Part shown: in pieces, positions 48,519-57,969 of the stretch | Layout: each line of letters opens with the position of its first letter | How positions within the stretch are numbered: position 1 is the first letter of the stretch | Origin: an uncultured Bacilli bacterium | Lineage (GTDB): Bacteria; Bacillota_I; Bacilli_A; RF39; UBA660 | Direction of reading: 5' to 3' | DNA: 64,000 bases | Assembly: GCA_910576795.1 (NCBI GenBank) | Contig: CAJTIX010000005.1 | Location: 6,804-70,803, forward strand | Translations under genes and position numbers: made by a program | The notes under the pieces: model-generated | Told to the model about the DNA's origin: nothing | The model's input: the letters and a program-made list of their open reading frames with translations, nothing else | Databases searched by the model: none

Positions 48519-49505
48519 ATGTTGGAGTTTGTTGTAGTGGATGACAATTTATTTTTTCAGTTAGAAATTAAAAAAATGATACAAAATTGTATGAAGCGTA
48601 AAAACGTTAGTTATCAAATTTTTGTTTATGATGACTATACAAAAGGTGCATATGAGTTGACATCAAAAAATAAAAGAAATATGAGAATATATCTTTTGGA
48701 TACGGAAACACCTTCTAAAAAAATCCAAGACTATGTACAAAAAATTAGAAAATATGATTTTTCAAGCTATATGATTGGATTGGGTGGAGAAGAAAATCTG
48801 TTTCTCGCTCTTAGAAATATGTTTACGGATTATATTAATTACCATCAACCACAATGGAAACGAAAATTAAAAGAAAGTATAGAATTTTTATTAGAGTATG
48901 AAGTCAAAAGAGAAATATTACGATTTATAGAAAATGATGTTCAGTATACGATTCATATAGATGACATCCATTTTCTCGAACGATATAAAAGAAAAAAGAC
49001 TATTATTCAAACAGAATCTTGTAGTTACCTTATTTCTTACACATTAGAAGAATTAAAATATAAATTACCTTCTTACTTTGTTTATAAAAATCCTGCTTGC
49101 ATTTATAATTACAATCATTTGGTTATTTCTTCTGCATCAAATGTGAACGATGAGAGAACGAGAAATCATCAACCACAAAAAGGAAAACGATATTCTAAAA
49201 AAGATCGTCAAAAGGCACTTTATATGTATTATAGTGGAATATCAGAAGAACAAATTATTCGGAAATTTGGAATGCATATTAATACGTTACGTATTTGGAT
49301 TGCAAAAGATAAAACATATAAATATCAAAAAAGTGAATTTGAAAATTTGAATCTACAAAATCAAATCACAACCTTACATTCTAAAAATATGAAACTTAAA
49401 ATGGAAAATCAAAATTTAAAAAGAGAAAAAATAAAAGCAGACGCAACTTGTGAACGCTTTCGAAAAGCGGTTCATATTTTATCAGAATCTGGGGATGAAA
49501 CCTAA
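48519..49505 (+). CDS. LytTR-type response regulator with C-terminal IS3 OrfA-like HTH/leucine-zipper extension
   Basis: Receiver (VVVDDN, LLDTETP Asp61), LytTR-like region (IHIDDIHFLERYKRKKTIIQTE) and a ~115-aa tail (KRYSKKDRQKALYMYYSGISEEQIIRKFGMHINTLRIWI...LKMENQNLKREK). Confidence 0.7.
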   Translation: MLEFVVVDDNLFFQLEIKKMIQNCMKRKNVSYQIFVYDDYTKGAYELTSKNKRNMRIYLLDTETPSKKIQDYVQKIRKYDFSSYMIGLGGEENLFLALRNMFTDYINYHQPQWKRKLKESIEFLLEYEVKREILRFIENDVQYTIHIDDIHFLERYKRKKTIIQTESCSYLISYTLEELKYKLPSYFVYKNPACIYNYNHLVISSASNVNDERTRNHQPQKGKRYSKKDRQKALYMYYSGISEEQIIRKFGMHINTLRIWIAKDKTYKYQKSEFENLNLQNQITTLHSKNMKLKMENQNLKREKIKADATCERFRKAVHILSESGDET

Positions 49506-50380
49506 TGATTTTGACATGTATGATGACATCAATTACCTGTTTGGTTTCACTACATATGGTTTCTAGCATACTGAGTCAAGGAATATATTATCATAAATGG
49601 AAATATTGGATGTGTTATATATTATTGGTATGTTGTACTTTTATCTTATCCTATTTTTCAAATGATCTATTTTTATTATCTTTAGGAATTGTATGGATCT
49701 TATCCAAAATTATTTGGAACCAAAAAATGAGTCAAACTGGTCTGGCAGTTATTTTTAGTTTCTTTTCTCTTATGTTAGCAGATATTCTTGTTACGATTGT
49801 AATGATATCACTTGGAGTATCTACAAGCGAAATAACAGATGTCATTCGTTTAATTTGTAGCATAATCACTTCACTTATCTCTCTATTCTTTTTTCATCTA
49901 TTTCATTTCAAAAATCTATATAAAATGGTAATAGAAACATGTAGTAAAAAAATATCTGATTATTATATTTTGATTGGTATTGTCATTTGTATGTTTCTAT
50001 TTTATATCTATCATTTCCTTTTTTCACTTGTTGGCTATCTCTTTTTACTAGTTTTTAGTATTATTCTAATAGAATATTTCAAAGAAAAAGTAGAATCCAA
50101 ACGTCTTTTAAAAGACTATCAAGACTTAATGGTTCGTATTGAAACAAATTCTCAGCTTATCTTAGAAAAGGAATCCCATTTAAATAAATATCGTAATCAA
50201 CTTTCCTTATTACGACAAATGATGGAAGGATCAGAAGATGGAATTCATTCCTATATAGATCAAATATTAGAAGAAGAAAGCAGTCCTTATTTTGACAGTT
50301 ATATATGGAAAGAAATTCAAAAATTACCAAAAAATGGATTAGCTGGATTATTCTGTTTCAAAAGTTATATAGTTTTTTGA
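49505..50380 (+). pseudogene. AgrC-type (HPK10) sensor histidine kinase, N-terminal fragment interrupted by the integrative element
   Basis: About six TM helices and an H-box-like ESHLNKYRNQLSLLRQMM, with no ATPase domain. The last six codons plus stop (50363-50380) appear element-derived. Confidence 0.6.
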
Positions 50381-50397
50381 CTATCTTTTTATAAGTT

Positions 50398-50436
50398 CTT
50401 AAATGTCTTTATAACCTTTATTTATAAGCATTTAAG
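50398..50436 (+). terminator. hairpin plus T-run at the left end of the element (possible insulator/terminator)
   Basis: CTTAAATG..TTATAA / TTATAAG..CATTTAAG stem with one bulge, followed by ACATTTTTATTTTT. Overlaps the int stop codon. Confidence 0.4.
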
Positions 50437-51721
50437 ACATTTTTATTTTTGGAAGATGTTCACATATATTTTTATAATTTCTTATATTTTCGCTTTCAAA
50501 AGTAGTAAATTCGTAGTAAAATTGCTTTTGCTTGATTATTCTTTCCATCTCTGCTTGTGCCGATGTATAAGTAGGGTGTGTATAATACTTCAATGTCATT
50601 TCAATATTTTTATGTCCCATAATGTATTGAAGTGTACGAGGGTTCATTCCATCGTTAGCCCAATTAGTACAAAAAGTATGCCTTAATGTATGGGGTGTCA
50701 TTTTTTTAGGAAGTTTTTCCTCATGACATTTATTATATTTTTTTACAATTCGATTAAAAATACCATCGTACTCTATATTTGTTCTTGGGTTACCATTTCT
50801 ATTTATAAATAAAAACCCACTATAACCATCAATAACAATAGTCTTTGAACTTTTACGATTTTCTATTATACACTTAAAAATTTCATACGCTTTGTCGCTC
50901 ATAGGTACTTTCCTAACTCCATTATCGGTTTTAGTATCGTCAATATAATAACCTCGTTCACTATTTTTTAAAAGTTGATGGTCTATATTGATTAGTCTAT
51001 TTTCAAAATCTAGGTCGGTTTCTATTAGTCCGCAAAATTCCGATATACGAAGTCCCGTTTCTCTTATTAAAATAATTTCGTCATAATATTTAGAACAAGT
51101 TTTATCACTTTCTATAAAAGAATATAGGCTTTTTTCTTGTTCTAATGTAAGGGGTATATTCTTCTCGGTGTCATTTTCTATTACATCGTCAATTTTAAAC
51201 TCAAAAGGGTTTTTCCTTATATAGTCGTCTTGTATAGCCATTTGAAACGCCGAATATAAAGAACGCTTATCATTTTTTATAGTTTGGTAGGCTATTCCTT
51301 TTTCTTTCATTCGTATAACCCATTCTTTGGCGTCCGACATCTTAATGTTTTCAATAGAACAAGCACCAATTTTATCTTCTTCTAGGTATCTCATAAGTCT
51401 ATTTCGTCCTTTTTTTGTTTTATCTTTAACATTTGGTCGTTGATTATTCTTTTTAGCGTATAATTGACATACACTTATTTTTTTACCTATGGTGTCGATT
51501 CCATCACTAATGTCTTTTAAAATCTCTTGTTCCTTTTCTCTTAAAGATTTATCGTCGCGTTTCCCATTTGGTGTTTTATCGGTTGGTACTAACTTCCAAG
51601 CATATATAAATTGTGGTTTACCGAAACTATCGGTATATTTGTAAACATATCTTCCATCTTTTCGTTGGCTCTCTCCGTTATGTAAAATACGATTTTTTTT
51701 ATCGCGTCTTTTTTCTATCAT
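50432..51721 (-). CDS. int: tyrosine integrase, Tn916 Int family
   Basis: N-terminal arm-binding domain RRDKKNRILHNGESQRKDGRYVYKYTDSFGKPQFIYAWKL, plus catalytic TPHTLRHTFCT, IMGHKNIEMTL and YYTH. Confidence 0.93.
   Translation of the reverse strand: MIEKRRDKKNRILHNGESQRKDGRYVYKYTDSFGKPQFIYAWKLVPTDKTPNGKRDDKSLREKEQEILKDISDGIDTIGKKISVCQLYAKKNNQRPNVKDKTKKGRNRLMRYLEEDKIGACSIENIKMSDAKEWVIRMKEKGIAYQTIKNDKRSLYSAFQMAIQDDYIRKNPFEFKIDDVIENDTEKNIPLTLEQEKSLYSFIESDKTCSKYYDEIILIRETGLRISEFCGLIETDLDFENRLINIDHQLLKNSERGYYIDDTKTDNGVRKVPMSDKAYEIFKCIIENRKSSKTIVIDGYSGFLFINRNGNPRTNIEYDGIFNRIVKKYNKCHEEKLPKKMTPHTLRHTFCTNWANDGMNPRTLQYIMGHKNIEMTLKYYTHPTYTSAQAEMERIIKQKQFYYEFTTFESENIRNYKNICEHLPKIKMS
50491..50527 (+). 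repeat. left sub-terminal direct repeat with Tn916 DR2-like arm site
   Basis: CGCTTTCAAAAGTAGTAAATTCGTAGTAAAATTGCTT. 33 of 37 nt identical to 58743-58779. Contains AGTAGTAAATT. Confidence 0.75.
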
Positions 51722-51798
51722 ATTTTTTTGCTCCTTTCAATAATAGAAAGAGCCTTGATATGCAATAACATTATATCACATATAAGGCTCGATTTTCA

Positions 51799-52035
51799 TT
51801 AAATTACATTTAAAGTATCAATAATTTTTTCAAATTGTTTTCTTTTTATTTGAATTCGGTTGCCGTTCATTAAAACCCAACTTGCGTTTAAATTTTCTTC
51901 TGCTAATTTACGAAGTTTATTTTCGCCGATACGGAAATACTTTGACGCTTCTTCAATAGTTAGTGTATATTTTTCACTTATGGGGACATACACCATATTT
52001 TTACAAAATTCTTGATAGTTGATATTATCCACCAT
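51799..52035 (-). CDS. xis: excisionase, Tn916 Xis family
   Basis: [45 protein letters not shown] is nearly colinear with Tn916 Xis as recalled. Confidence 0.9.
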   Translation of the reverse strand: MVDNINYQEFCKNMVYVPISEKYTLTIEEASKYFRIGENKLRKLAEENLNASWVLMNGNRIQIKRKQFEKIIDTLNVI

Positions 52036-53250
52036 TTAAACCATCTTACTACTTATAATATTGTCAATGTCTTCTTTGTCCTTTTGTGAAATTTCGGCTA
52101 CTTTAATACGCGTAACTTTCATTTTTCCATCTTCACAAAGGTATCCGTATCCTCTTGGGTTTATTTCTTTAAATTGTTTTCGTTTTCTTTCGTCTACAAG
52201 CATTTTCATTTGAGTATCTGAAATTTCGCCCATCAATATTATTTTTTTAAATTGTTCTCTTGCACCTCTTACAAAGTATTCTGCATCTGCTCTTTGTAGA
52301 CTTACTATTGTTATTATTTTTTTACTACGCCCAGCAAACAATAAATCTGCAACCATATCTTTAAGTTTTTCTTTATCACTTTTATCCTTTATTGAATTGA
52401 TAAGCACTGCATATTCTTCAATTAAAAGAATAATTGTTTCTTTATCTTCGTTGTCTTCGTCATTTTCCATACGCTCCTCAAATATTTTATGAACTTCTTT
52501 AATTCCATCTACTGCATTGATACCATAATAATTAGGACGATTTTTAAATTGTCTAAAATCTTCATTTTTAATATCACTTATAAAGACTCGTACATCTTCA
52601 CCATTACAAGATTTATTTAAGACTATTTTTCCTAGTAATTGATGTGTAAAATATGTTTTACCACTTCCCGTACTTCCAACTACTAAAGCCGTTAAAAAGT
52701 CGTCTAGTAAGTTGTCATTTAAGGTTACTTGGAATAGTTTAGGGTGTAATAAATCTCTAGGCGTTGCATAAATATTTATGTATTTTGTTGGTATTCTTGG
52801 TGTCATATAATGTATATCTATATGATAAGCCGTTTCTACATCGTCTTGTCTAGCCCTTAATTTTTCAATAGAAAGATTTTTAGGGTCTACAACAAGTATA
52901 CATTCGTTTTCTTCTTCGCCATCTAAAATCTCAACTATTTCTATGAATTCGCCACTTTCATTTTTTAAGCCAACATCTTGAACATTTTTTTGTTCTTCTT
53001 CTTTGTCTTTATTGTGTCTTTTAAGAGTTATAATTAAAGCGATTAAAATTATTGATAAAATTATTACAAGTCCAATATTAACTACTGCATTTATCATTTT
53101 TATTTGTAATTCGGTAGTGGTTTTTGAAACCATGTAATCTATTGCATAGACTCTTAAGTGCCATATTAATTGTGCTAATACTAGGTATAATTCTACAATT
53201 AAAACCTTTATAATATTAATTTTTTTCATTATTCGTTTTATTTTCTTCAT
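52036..53250 (-). CDS. FtsK/SpoIIIE-family DNA translocase (coupling-protein-like)
   Basis: N-terminal TM helices, Walker A VVGSTGSGKT and Walker B-like IILLIEEYAVL. Confidence 0.8.
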   Translation of the reverse strand: MKKIKRIMKKINIIKVLIVELYLVLAQLIWHLRVYAIDYMVSKTTTELQIKMINAVVNIGLVIILSIILIALIITLKRHNKDKEEEQKNVQDVGLKNESGEFIEIVEILDGEEENECILVVDPKNLSIEKLRARQDDVETAYHIDIHYMTPRIPTKYINIYATPRDLLHPKLFQVTLNDNLLDDFLTALVVGSTGSGKTYFTHQLLGKIVLNKSCNGEDVRVFISDIKNEDFRQFKNRPNYYGINAVDGIKEVHKIFEERMENDEDNEDKETIILLIEEYAVLINSIKDKSDKEKLKDMVADLLFAGRSKKIITIVSLQRADAEYFVRGAREQFKKIILMGEISDTQMKMLVDERKRKQFKEINPRGYGYLCEDGKMKVTRIKVAEISQKDKEDIDNIISSKMV

Positions 53251-54226
53251 TTTCTAATTCCTCCAATTTTTTAGTCATTTTATGTACTATAATTGAGCCA
53301 TCACTTTTGTACTCAATTATGTTATGAATTCTACGCAAAAACGCGTCCCAAACTGCTCTATACTTTAAACCACATCGTAAGTCATAATATTGCTCCTCTA
53401 GGGGAACATTTGAAGTTATATAGACATAAGTGTAACAAGCCACCTTATCACTATATCTCGCGGGTAGCATAAGGGGATATATATCGGTATAATTAAGCAT
53501 ATCACCGATGGGTATTTGACTATGAAATTCCTCAAATACTAGGGTATTCATAGTGCTTTTATATGAGTCAAAATTTACGCCTCTACTACTTGCATAATTC
53601 GTGATACGACATATATTTTTAGCACCATGTCTTTTGTATATATCTCGTGTCTTACCAACGCCTGTATGCCCAAAGACATATGTACAAACTATATCTCGGT
53701 TTTCTCTCATGTACTTATCGGCTAGATAAGTTTCTCTTATCAAGTCTATATCTCGTATTTTTAAAGCCCATTGTGGGTTATTTTCTATAATCTCGATGTT
53801 TGACTTACCATCTTTTATATCTTCTAATAATTGCCCTATAACGGGGTCTTTTTCTTGTAATTCCGATGGTATCGTTCCGTATTCTTCAAAACTGCCCTCA
53901 ACAGATGTTTCGGCTTTGTCGGTATTTTCAAACTTGCCCGTTTTTCTCACATAGTCAATATTATCTTGTATAGTCCCATAGGCTTTTTCTATATGTGCTA
54001 TTTTGTTAAAGCGACTCTGTATCGTTGTAAAGCGAATCGGCGATTTTGAATAAATAAAGATATGGATATGTAGCGTTTGTGTTTCGTTGCCGATTTCCTT
54101 ACACATACAATAGTAGTCAAGAGCGAATTTTTGCAAAGTTTCTTTTATTACTTCGTCCGTAAAGCCGTGTTCTAGTGGGTTGTTAATCGTTAAAGCCCAT
54201 TTACGACTTTGGCTATTATCTGCCAT
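53216..54226 (-). CDS. rep: replication/transfer initiator, HUH endonuclease plus SF3 helicase (CRESS-virus-type Rep)
   Basis: Motif I WALTINNP, motif II LHIHIFIY, motif III DYVRKTG, Walker A GHTGVGKT, Walker B LVFEEF and motif C YITSN. Confidence 0.85.
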   Translation of the reverse strand: MADNSQSRKWALTINNPLEHGFTDEVIKETLQKFALDYYCMCKEIGNETQTLHIHIFIYSKSPIRFTTIQSRFNKIAHIEKAYGTIQDNIDYVRKTGKFENTDKAETSVEGSFEEYGTIPSELQEKDPVIGQLLEDIKDGKSNIEIIENNPQWALKIRDIDLIRETYLADKYMRENRDIVCTYVFGHTGVGKTRDIYKRHGAKNICRITNYASSRGVNFDSYKSTMNTLVFEEFHSQIPIGDMLNYTDIYPLMLPARYSDKVACYTYVYITSNVPLEEQYYDLRCGLKYRAVWDAFLRRIHNIIEYKSDGSIIVHKMTKKLEELENEENKTNNEKN

Positions 54227-54320
54227 GTTATCACTCCTATTTTTAAAAGTTTAGATTATTATTAAATTTTCAAAGAACTAATGCGCTAATACATATACTA
54301 GTTAATACACGCCCATGAGT

Positions 54321-54349
54321 GGGGCGAGTGGCGTAGCCACTTTAGCCCC
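54321..54349. other. GC-rich imperfect hairpin in the Rep upstream region
   Basis: GGGGC-G-AGTGGC-GTA-GCCACT-TTA-GCCCC. Unusually GC-rich for this sequence. Confidence 0.5.
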
Positions 54350-54353
54350 CCAC

Positions 54354-54383
54354 CATATAAGGGCTAGTATTACCCCTTATATG
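54354..54383 (+). promoter_or_regulatory. putative origin (ori/oriT) stem-loop displaying TAGTATTAC
   Basis: Perfect 10-bp stem CATATAAGGG / CCCTTATATG with 10-nt loop CTAGTATTAC. Confidence 0.65.
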
Positions 54384-54401
54384 TAGCATGTAGCATGTAG
54401 C
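54381..54401 (+). repeat. three tandem heptamer iterons ATGTAGC
   Basis: ATGTAGCATGTAGCATGTAGC abuts and overlaps the right arm of the origin hairpin. Confidence 0.7.
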
Positions 54402-54431
54402 AATAATTTTTATAAATTTACCTTAATGTTA

Positions 54432-54462
54432 ATCTTGCTACTATTTAAAACAATAGCAAGAT
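54432..54462. other. second hairpin in the origin region
   Basis: ATCTTGCTA / TAGCAAGAT 9-bp stem with a 13-nt loop. Confidence 0.5.
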
Positions 54463-54497
54463 GTAACAAATCGGTAGTCAATAAGTCAATAAGTAAC

Positions 54498-54785
54498 TTA
54501 TTTTTTGCTTGTTTCGGTAGAGTCAGCAAATTCAACATAACTAACATTTCTATATCTATCGTATAGGAATTCTTCTATATATTTACCTACAAGACTTTTA
54601 ATTTCTGATGTAGTTAATTCTTTCCCAAAAGTTTTGGTTAAGACATCATATCTTACTTTAACTACTGAAACCTTAAGTCCTTCGCTTTTATCGTTGTTAA
54701 ACTCTTCCGCACAATGAAAATTAACATTATGAAATGGCTTATCTTCATACACGCCAATTCTTTCTTCAATACCTATAATTTTCAT
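54498..54785 (-). CDS. hypothetical protein (element cargo)
   Basis: 95 aa with a GAAAGGAG RBS. Confidence 0.5.
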   Translation of the reverse strand: MKIIGIEERIGVYEDKPFHNVNFHCAEEFNNDKSEGLKVSVVKVRYDVLTKTFGKELTTSEIKSLVGKYIEEFLYDRYRNVSYVEFADSTETSKK

Positions 54786-54903
54786 GACCTTAATTTTCTC
54801 CTTTCGTTAGATTTTGTGTAATTTTAGTTGGCGCCTTTCAAATTACAAGTTCATTAAAACACAATTTTTTAAAATCTCTAAAACACGCCATGTGGCTAAA
54901 ATC

Positions 54904-54960
54904 AAAGAAAAAAAGGCTAAAATTATAACCCTTAAACTAGTAAATTATAATTTTAACCTT
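54904..54960 (-). terminator. rho-independent terminator (minus strand)
   Basis: 16-bp stem AAGGCTAAAATTATAA / TTATAATTTTAACCTT with one mismatch, followed by a T-run on the minus strand. Confidence 0.6.
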
Positions 54961-55026
54961 TATATACAAGTGATTTTAATTCCACACGGAAGTTGGAGTT
55001 TTATTAAGTTTTTATAAAAGTTTTCG

Positions 55027-55473
55027 TTATTTTTGCGTTTTTTTATTGCGAGCAAGTAGTAATTCGCTATCTTCTAAACCTATTTTTTTTAAAAGTATAT
55101 TACATTCTTTTATAGACATACCAATACAATTAGTAATTAGGAAGTTATAAGCGCAGTCTCTTCTTTTAGAAAAGTTCATTGTATAACCACCAGCGCGTAG
55201 TAATTCAGTAAAAGAATTTATATCAATTTCAAAAAATATACAAAATGCTACTAAATTTTGTAATGATGGGTCTATTAGTCCTTTTTTCCATCTTCTAAAT
55301 GTTTCACCACTTAAACCTAACTCGTCCTCAAATTCTGTAGGTTCTATTGCTTTTAATTCAACCAACTTATTAAATTTTTCTGCAAAACTTTGACTTATTT
55401 CCCCCGAACAATAATAACTATCTTCAAATTGAAACGCTAATGCGTCTATTTTCTCTTCTAAATCACTTTCCAT
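55027..55473 (-). CDS. putative HTH (XRE-like) regulator of the element
   Basis: LGLSGETFRRWKKGLIDPSLQNLVAFCIFFEID helix-turn-helix-like segment with an AAGGAG RBS. Confidence 0.5.
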   Translation of the reverse strand: MESDLEEKIDALAFQFEDSYYCSGEISQSFAEKFNKLVELKAIEPTEFEDELGLSGETFRRWKKGLIDPSLQNLVAFCIFFEIDINSFTELLRAGGYTMNFSKRRDCAYNFLITNCIGMSIKECNILLKKIGLEDSELLLARNKKTQK

Positions 55474-55498
55474 ATTTTCGCTCCTTTTATTAGTTTAA

Positions 55499-55927
55499 TT
55501 ATATTTTTTCCTCATTTATATACTCAAACAAATCGTTATAATGACACTTTGGTTGTCCGTCCCATAAATAAGCATTGATATTTATAGGCTCTTTATTTTT
55601 AAATGTAAGAGGGGACATAATTATATAAGGTGTATTATCTTTACTATTGACATCATATTCTATTGATTTTACTATCCCAATGTTATTGTCCTCTATAAAG
55701 ACGCTACTTTCTTTAAATTGATTTTTAGATGGAATAACAAGTGCTTTATTTTCCTCGTTATGTGAATCAAGTATTTGTTTAACTTCCCTTAATATAACTT
55801 GGTTATTTTCTTTTACATCGACAACTTGGAAAAATTGTATATAGTGTCCTTTTACGCCACAATGTCTATCAGTATAAAAAATATCGTCAATTTTGATACT
55901 ATCTTGATTTTTTATTTCATTAACCAT
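55499..55927 (-). CDS. hypothetical protein (element cargo)
   Basis: ORF 55499-55984. The internal ATG at 55927 (MVNEIKNQ) is preferred over the TTG start. Confidence 0.45.
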   Translation of the reverse strand: MVNEIKNQDSIKIDDIFYTDRHCGVKGHYIQFFQVVDVKENNQVILREVKQILDSHNEENKALVIPSKNQFKESSVFIEDNNIGIVKSIEYDVNSKDNTPYIIMSPLTFKNKEPININAYLWDGQPKCHYNDLFEYINEEKI

Positions 55928-56023
55928 AAAGCCCGTCCTTTCATTACAATTATACCATTTATTACCAATATAATATAGACTCAAACAAAAAATAATTTTG
56001 GATCACAATTATTTGTACCAAAA

Positions 56024-56320
56024 TTATTTTGATGTATTATCAATGTTATTTTGCATTTCAATTATAAAATTAAATTCTTCTTCTATTTTCCTATATGCAT
56101 CAAAAATTTTTTGCTCGTATTCTTCAATTTTTTTATTATGTTCTTCTAATTTCTTCTTTTGGAAGAAAAAAGGTTTACTATCTTCTAAAAAATTTAATTC
56201 AGTTCTATAGAATTTTATTTGATTATCTAAAAATTCCATATAAAGTTGTGAGTCCTTTATTCCATATATCAAACATAAATCTATTACTTTATTAGCTAAT
56301 TCTTTATTACTTATTGTCAT
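56024..56320 (-). CDS. hypothetical coiled-coil protein (element cargo)
   Basis: 98 aa with a GGTGGT RBS. Confidence 0.45.
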   Translation of the reverse strand: MTISNKELANKVIDLCLIYGIKDSQLYMEFLDNQIKFYRTELNFLEDSKPFFFQKKKLEEHNKKIEEYEQKIFDAYRKIEEEFNFIIEMQNNIDNTSK

Positions 56321-56405
56321 TTCATTACCACCATTTTATCCATTATAAAAGTAGTATCTAAAATCTTTTAAAAATTTATAAATACTACTTTTCATTTTAA
56401 ATTAT

Positions 56406-57209
56406 TTAATTGTTATTTTCGTTTTCTTCAATAAAAGTAAGAGCATTTTTTTGTATTGTTATAACTGGGCGAATTCCACTTCTACCATTTTCAAAAGATA
56501 ACTGACCACCACAAAGGATATCTTGATTAAATCCTGGACTAATACGATATGCACTATATTCATCCCTAGCTGTATCAGTCCAATATCCTAATGCATCTTT
56601 TGTTGCATTATTCAAACAACCATATTTTTCACAATAATTAGATGTTCTATCATACAACCAATTATATTTATTTGATGAATTAGTATCTAAACACGTATTA
56701 TCTATATTACCAGCTATTTCTTTTATTTCAGAAACTTTAATTAATCTAGCATTTAAACTTTTTTCCCAATATGATGTGTCACTTTCTAATTGTTTTTGGG
56801 CTGTTATAGGACCTTTATCAGTTTTCAAATTAGGGTCGCCAAATTGATTATATGTAACATTCCCTCCTGCTTTTTCATAATCTTCTAGAGACAACCAATA
56901 AACAAGATTTGTTGTATTGTGGTCTAATATCATTGTATAAGTGTCTTTATCTTCCTTATATGCATACCATTTCATACAACCACTTCTTGTTTCATCATCA
57001 CTTTTTACATCGCTTTCAGTACATTTTTTGTTTAAATTAGTAGGGTCTAAATATACTATCTTTTTAACACCCTTATAATTCGTTTCACTAGGTGGGTTAA
57101 CTGCTATAGGTTTATTATCATCTTTCTTCTCATTATTTGTAGTTGACCCACACCCAGTTAGCATAAATGCTATTATCATAATTAAACTTAAATATTTTAT
57201 TTTTTTCAT
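56406..57209 (-). CDS. lipoprotein carrying the same C-terminal module as the giant surface protein
   Basis: MKKIKYLSLIMIIAFMLTGC lipobox. ARLIKVSEIKEIAG, GYWTDT and GIRPVITIQK match the module at 13495-14667 and 24730-25993. Confidence 0.7.
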   Translation of the reverse strand: MKKIKYLSLIMIIAFMLTGCGSTTNNEKKDDNKPIAVNPPSETNYKGVKKIVYLDPTNLNKKCTESDVKSDDETRSGCMKWYAYKEDKDTYTMILDHNTTNLVYWLSLEDYEKAGGNVTYNQFGDPNLKTDKGPITAQKQLESDTSYWEKSLNARLIKVSEIKEIAGNIDNTCLDTNSSNKYNWLYDRTSNYCEKYGCLNNATKDALGYWTDTARDEYSAYRISPGFNQDILCGGQLSFENGRSGIRPVITIQKNALTFIEENENNN

Positions 57210-57225
57210 TTTACATTTTCCTTTC

Positions 57226-57834
57226 CTATAATTCCTTTGTAATAATTGTTCCATCTGAATTTGTATTAATTACCTCATAAATATTTAAAATCGAATAGTC
57301 TTTGTCATAATTATCCATAAAAAGTATTTGAGTAGTTTGTTTATCACAATCATCATCACACCATATACTAGATATCTTTATTTTCTTTTTTTCTCCTGCC
57401 TTTAAAGTTATTGGGTCTTTACTTCTTATAACAAATGGTCTGTTATTTGTATCTCTAACGAAAAAAGTATAGCCAATATTATCAAGTGTTTCTTTAGAAG
57501 TATTTTTTATAGTAAATACATATTCAACATCTCCTGCTAGTGTTTGATTATTATTTACTTTATTTTCTTTATGCTTTAATTTAATTCCACTAACATTTAC
57601 CTTATTATAATTTTTGACTTCATTAAATGTATAATAGGGATAGTCTGTTGATGTAGGATGTACTACATTTGCTAAAACCACTTTATCGCTACTTCCACCA
57701 CTTAATAAAGCGATTCCAGTTATACCAACTATAACAATAACTCCACCAATAGCCACTTTTTTAATTCCTATTTTTATAACTTGATTTTTAATCTTTATAA
57801 AAATATCCTTTCCTTTTTCTAGTAGATTACTCAT
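57226..57834 (-). CDS. membrane-anchored beta-rich protein (DUF4352-like, tentative)
   Basis: TM helix VAIGGVIVIVGITGIALL. YVFTIKNTSKETLDNIGYTFFVRD...ITLKAGEKKKIKIS pattern. ATG 57834 follows GAGGTG. Confidence 0.55.
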   Translation of the reverse strand: MSNLLEKGKDIFIKIKNQVIKIGIKKVAIGGVIVIVGITGIALLSGGSSDKVVLANVVHPTSTDYPYYTFNEVKNYNKVNVSGIKLKHKENKVNNNQTLAGDVEYVFTIKNTSKETLDNIGYTFFVRDTNNRPFVIRSKDPITLKAGEKKKIKISSIWCDDDCDKQTTQILFMDNYDKDYSILNIYEVINTNSDGTIITKEL

Positions 57835-57969
57835 TTTTTCACCTCTCAATTTCTAAACTCCACCAGTTCAATATAATTATATCACTATTTTTTAAAAAAT
57901 ACACCAGAATTTTCTAATTTATCTTTTATTTTATTAACAAGTTAAAATTATAATGGGTGGTGGTGATAA

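Noticed and set aside
49150-49350. A 66-aa plus-strand ORF inside the response-regulator gene (a similar case is 40326-40508 inside rhuM1).
   Set aside because: It is out of frame within a continuous ORF whose own frame encodes the recognisable HTH/zipper tail.
50381-50436. Hairpin plus T-run after the kinase stop, read as evidence that the kinase gene ends naturally at 50380.
   Set aside because: The last six codons and the stop fall within the terminal inverted repeat of the element, and a colinear C-terminal kinase fragment exists at the other end. The hairpin is more simply part of the element's left arm. This remains testable against uninterrupted orthologs.
50491-50527. The 37-nt direct repeats as the att core, meaning the actual element boundaries.
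   Set aside because: They match Tn916 DR2 arm-type sites, which are sub-terminal. The kinase ORF is restored in frame only by joining 50362 to 58844, outside the repeats. Tn916-type elements also do not generate long target duplications.
54814-55017. A 67-aa plus-strand ORF in the element intergenic region.
   Set aside because: The region is better explained as a minus-strand terminator hairpin (54904-54960) plus the promoter of the 54498 gene. The ORF has no RBS and an odd composition.
55998-56295. Plus-strand ORFs 55998-56210 and 56095-56295.
   Set aside because: They are antisense to the 56024-56320 gene, which has a good RBS. The translations are Phe/Leu/Ser-rich.
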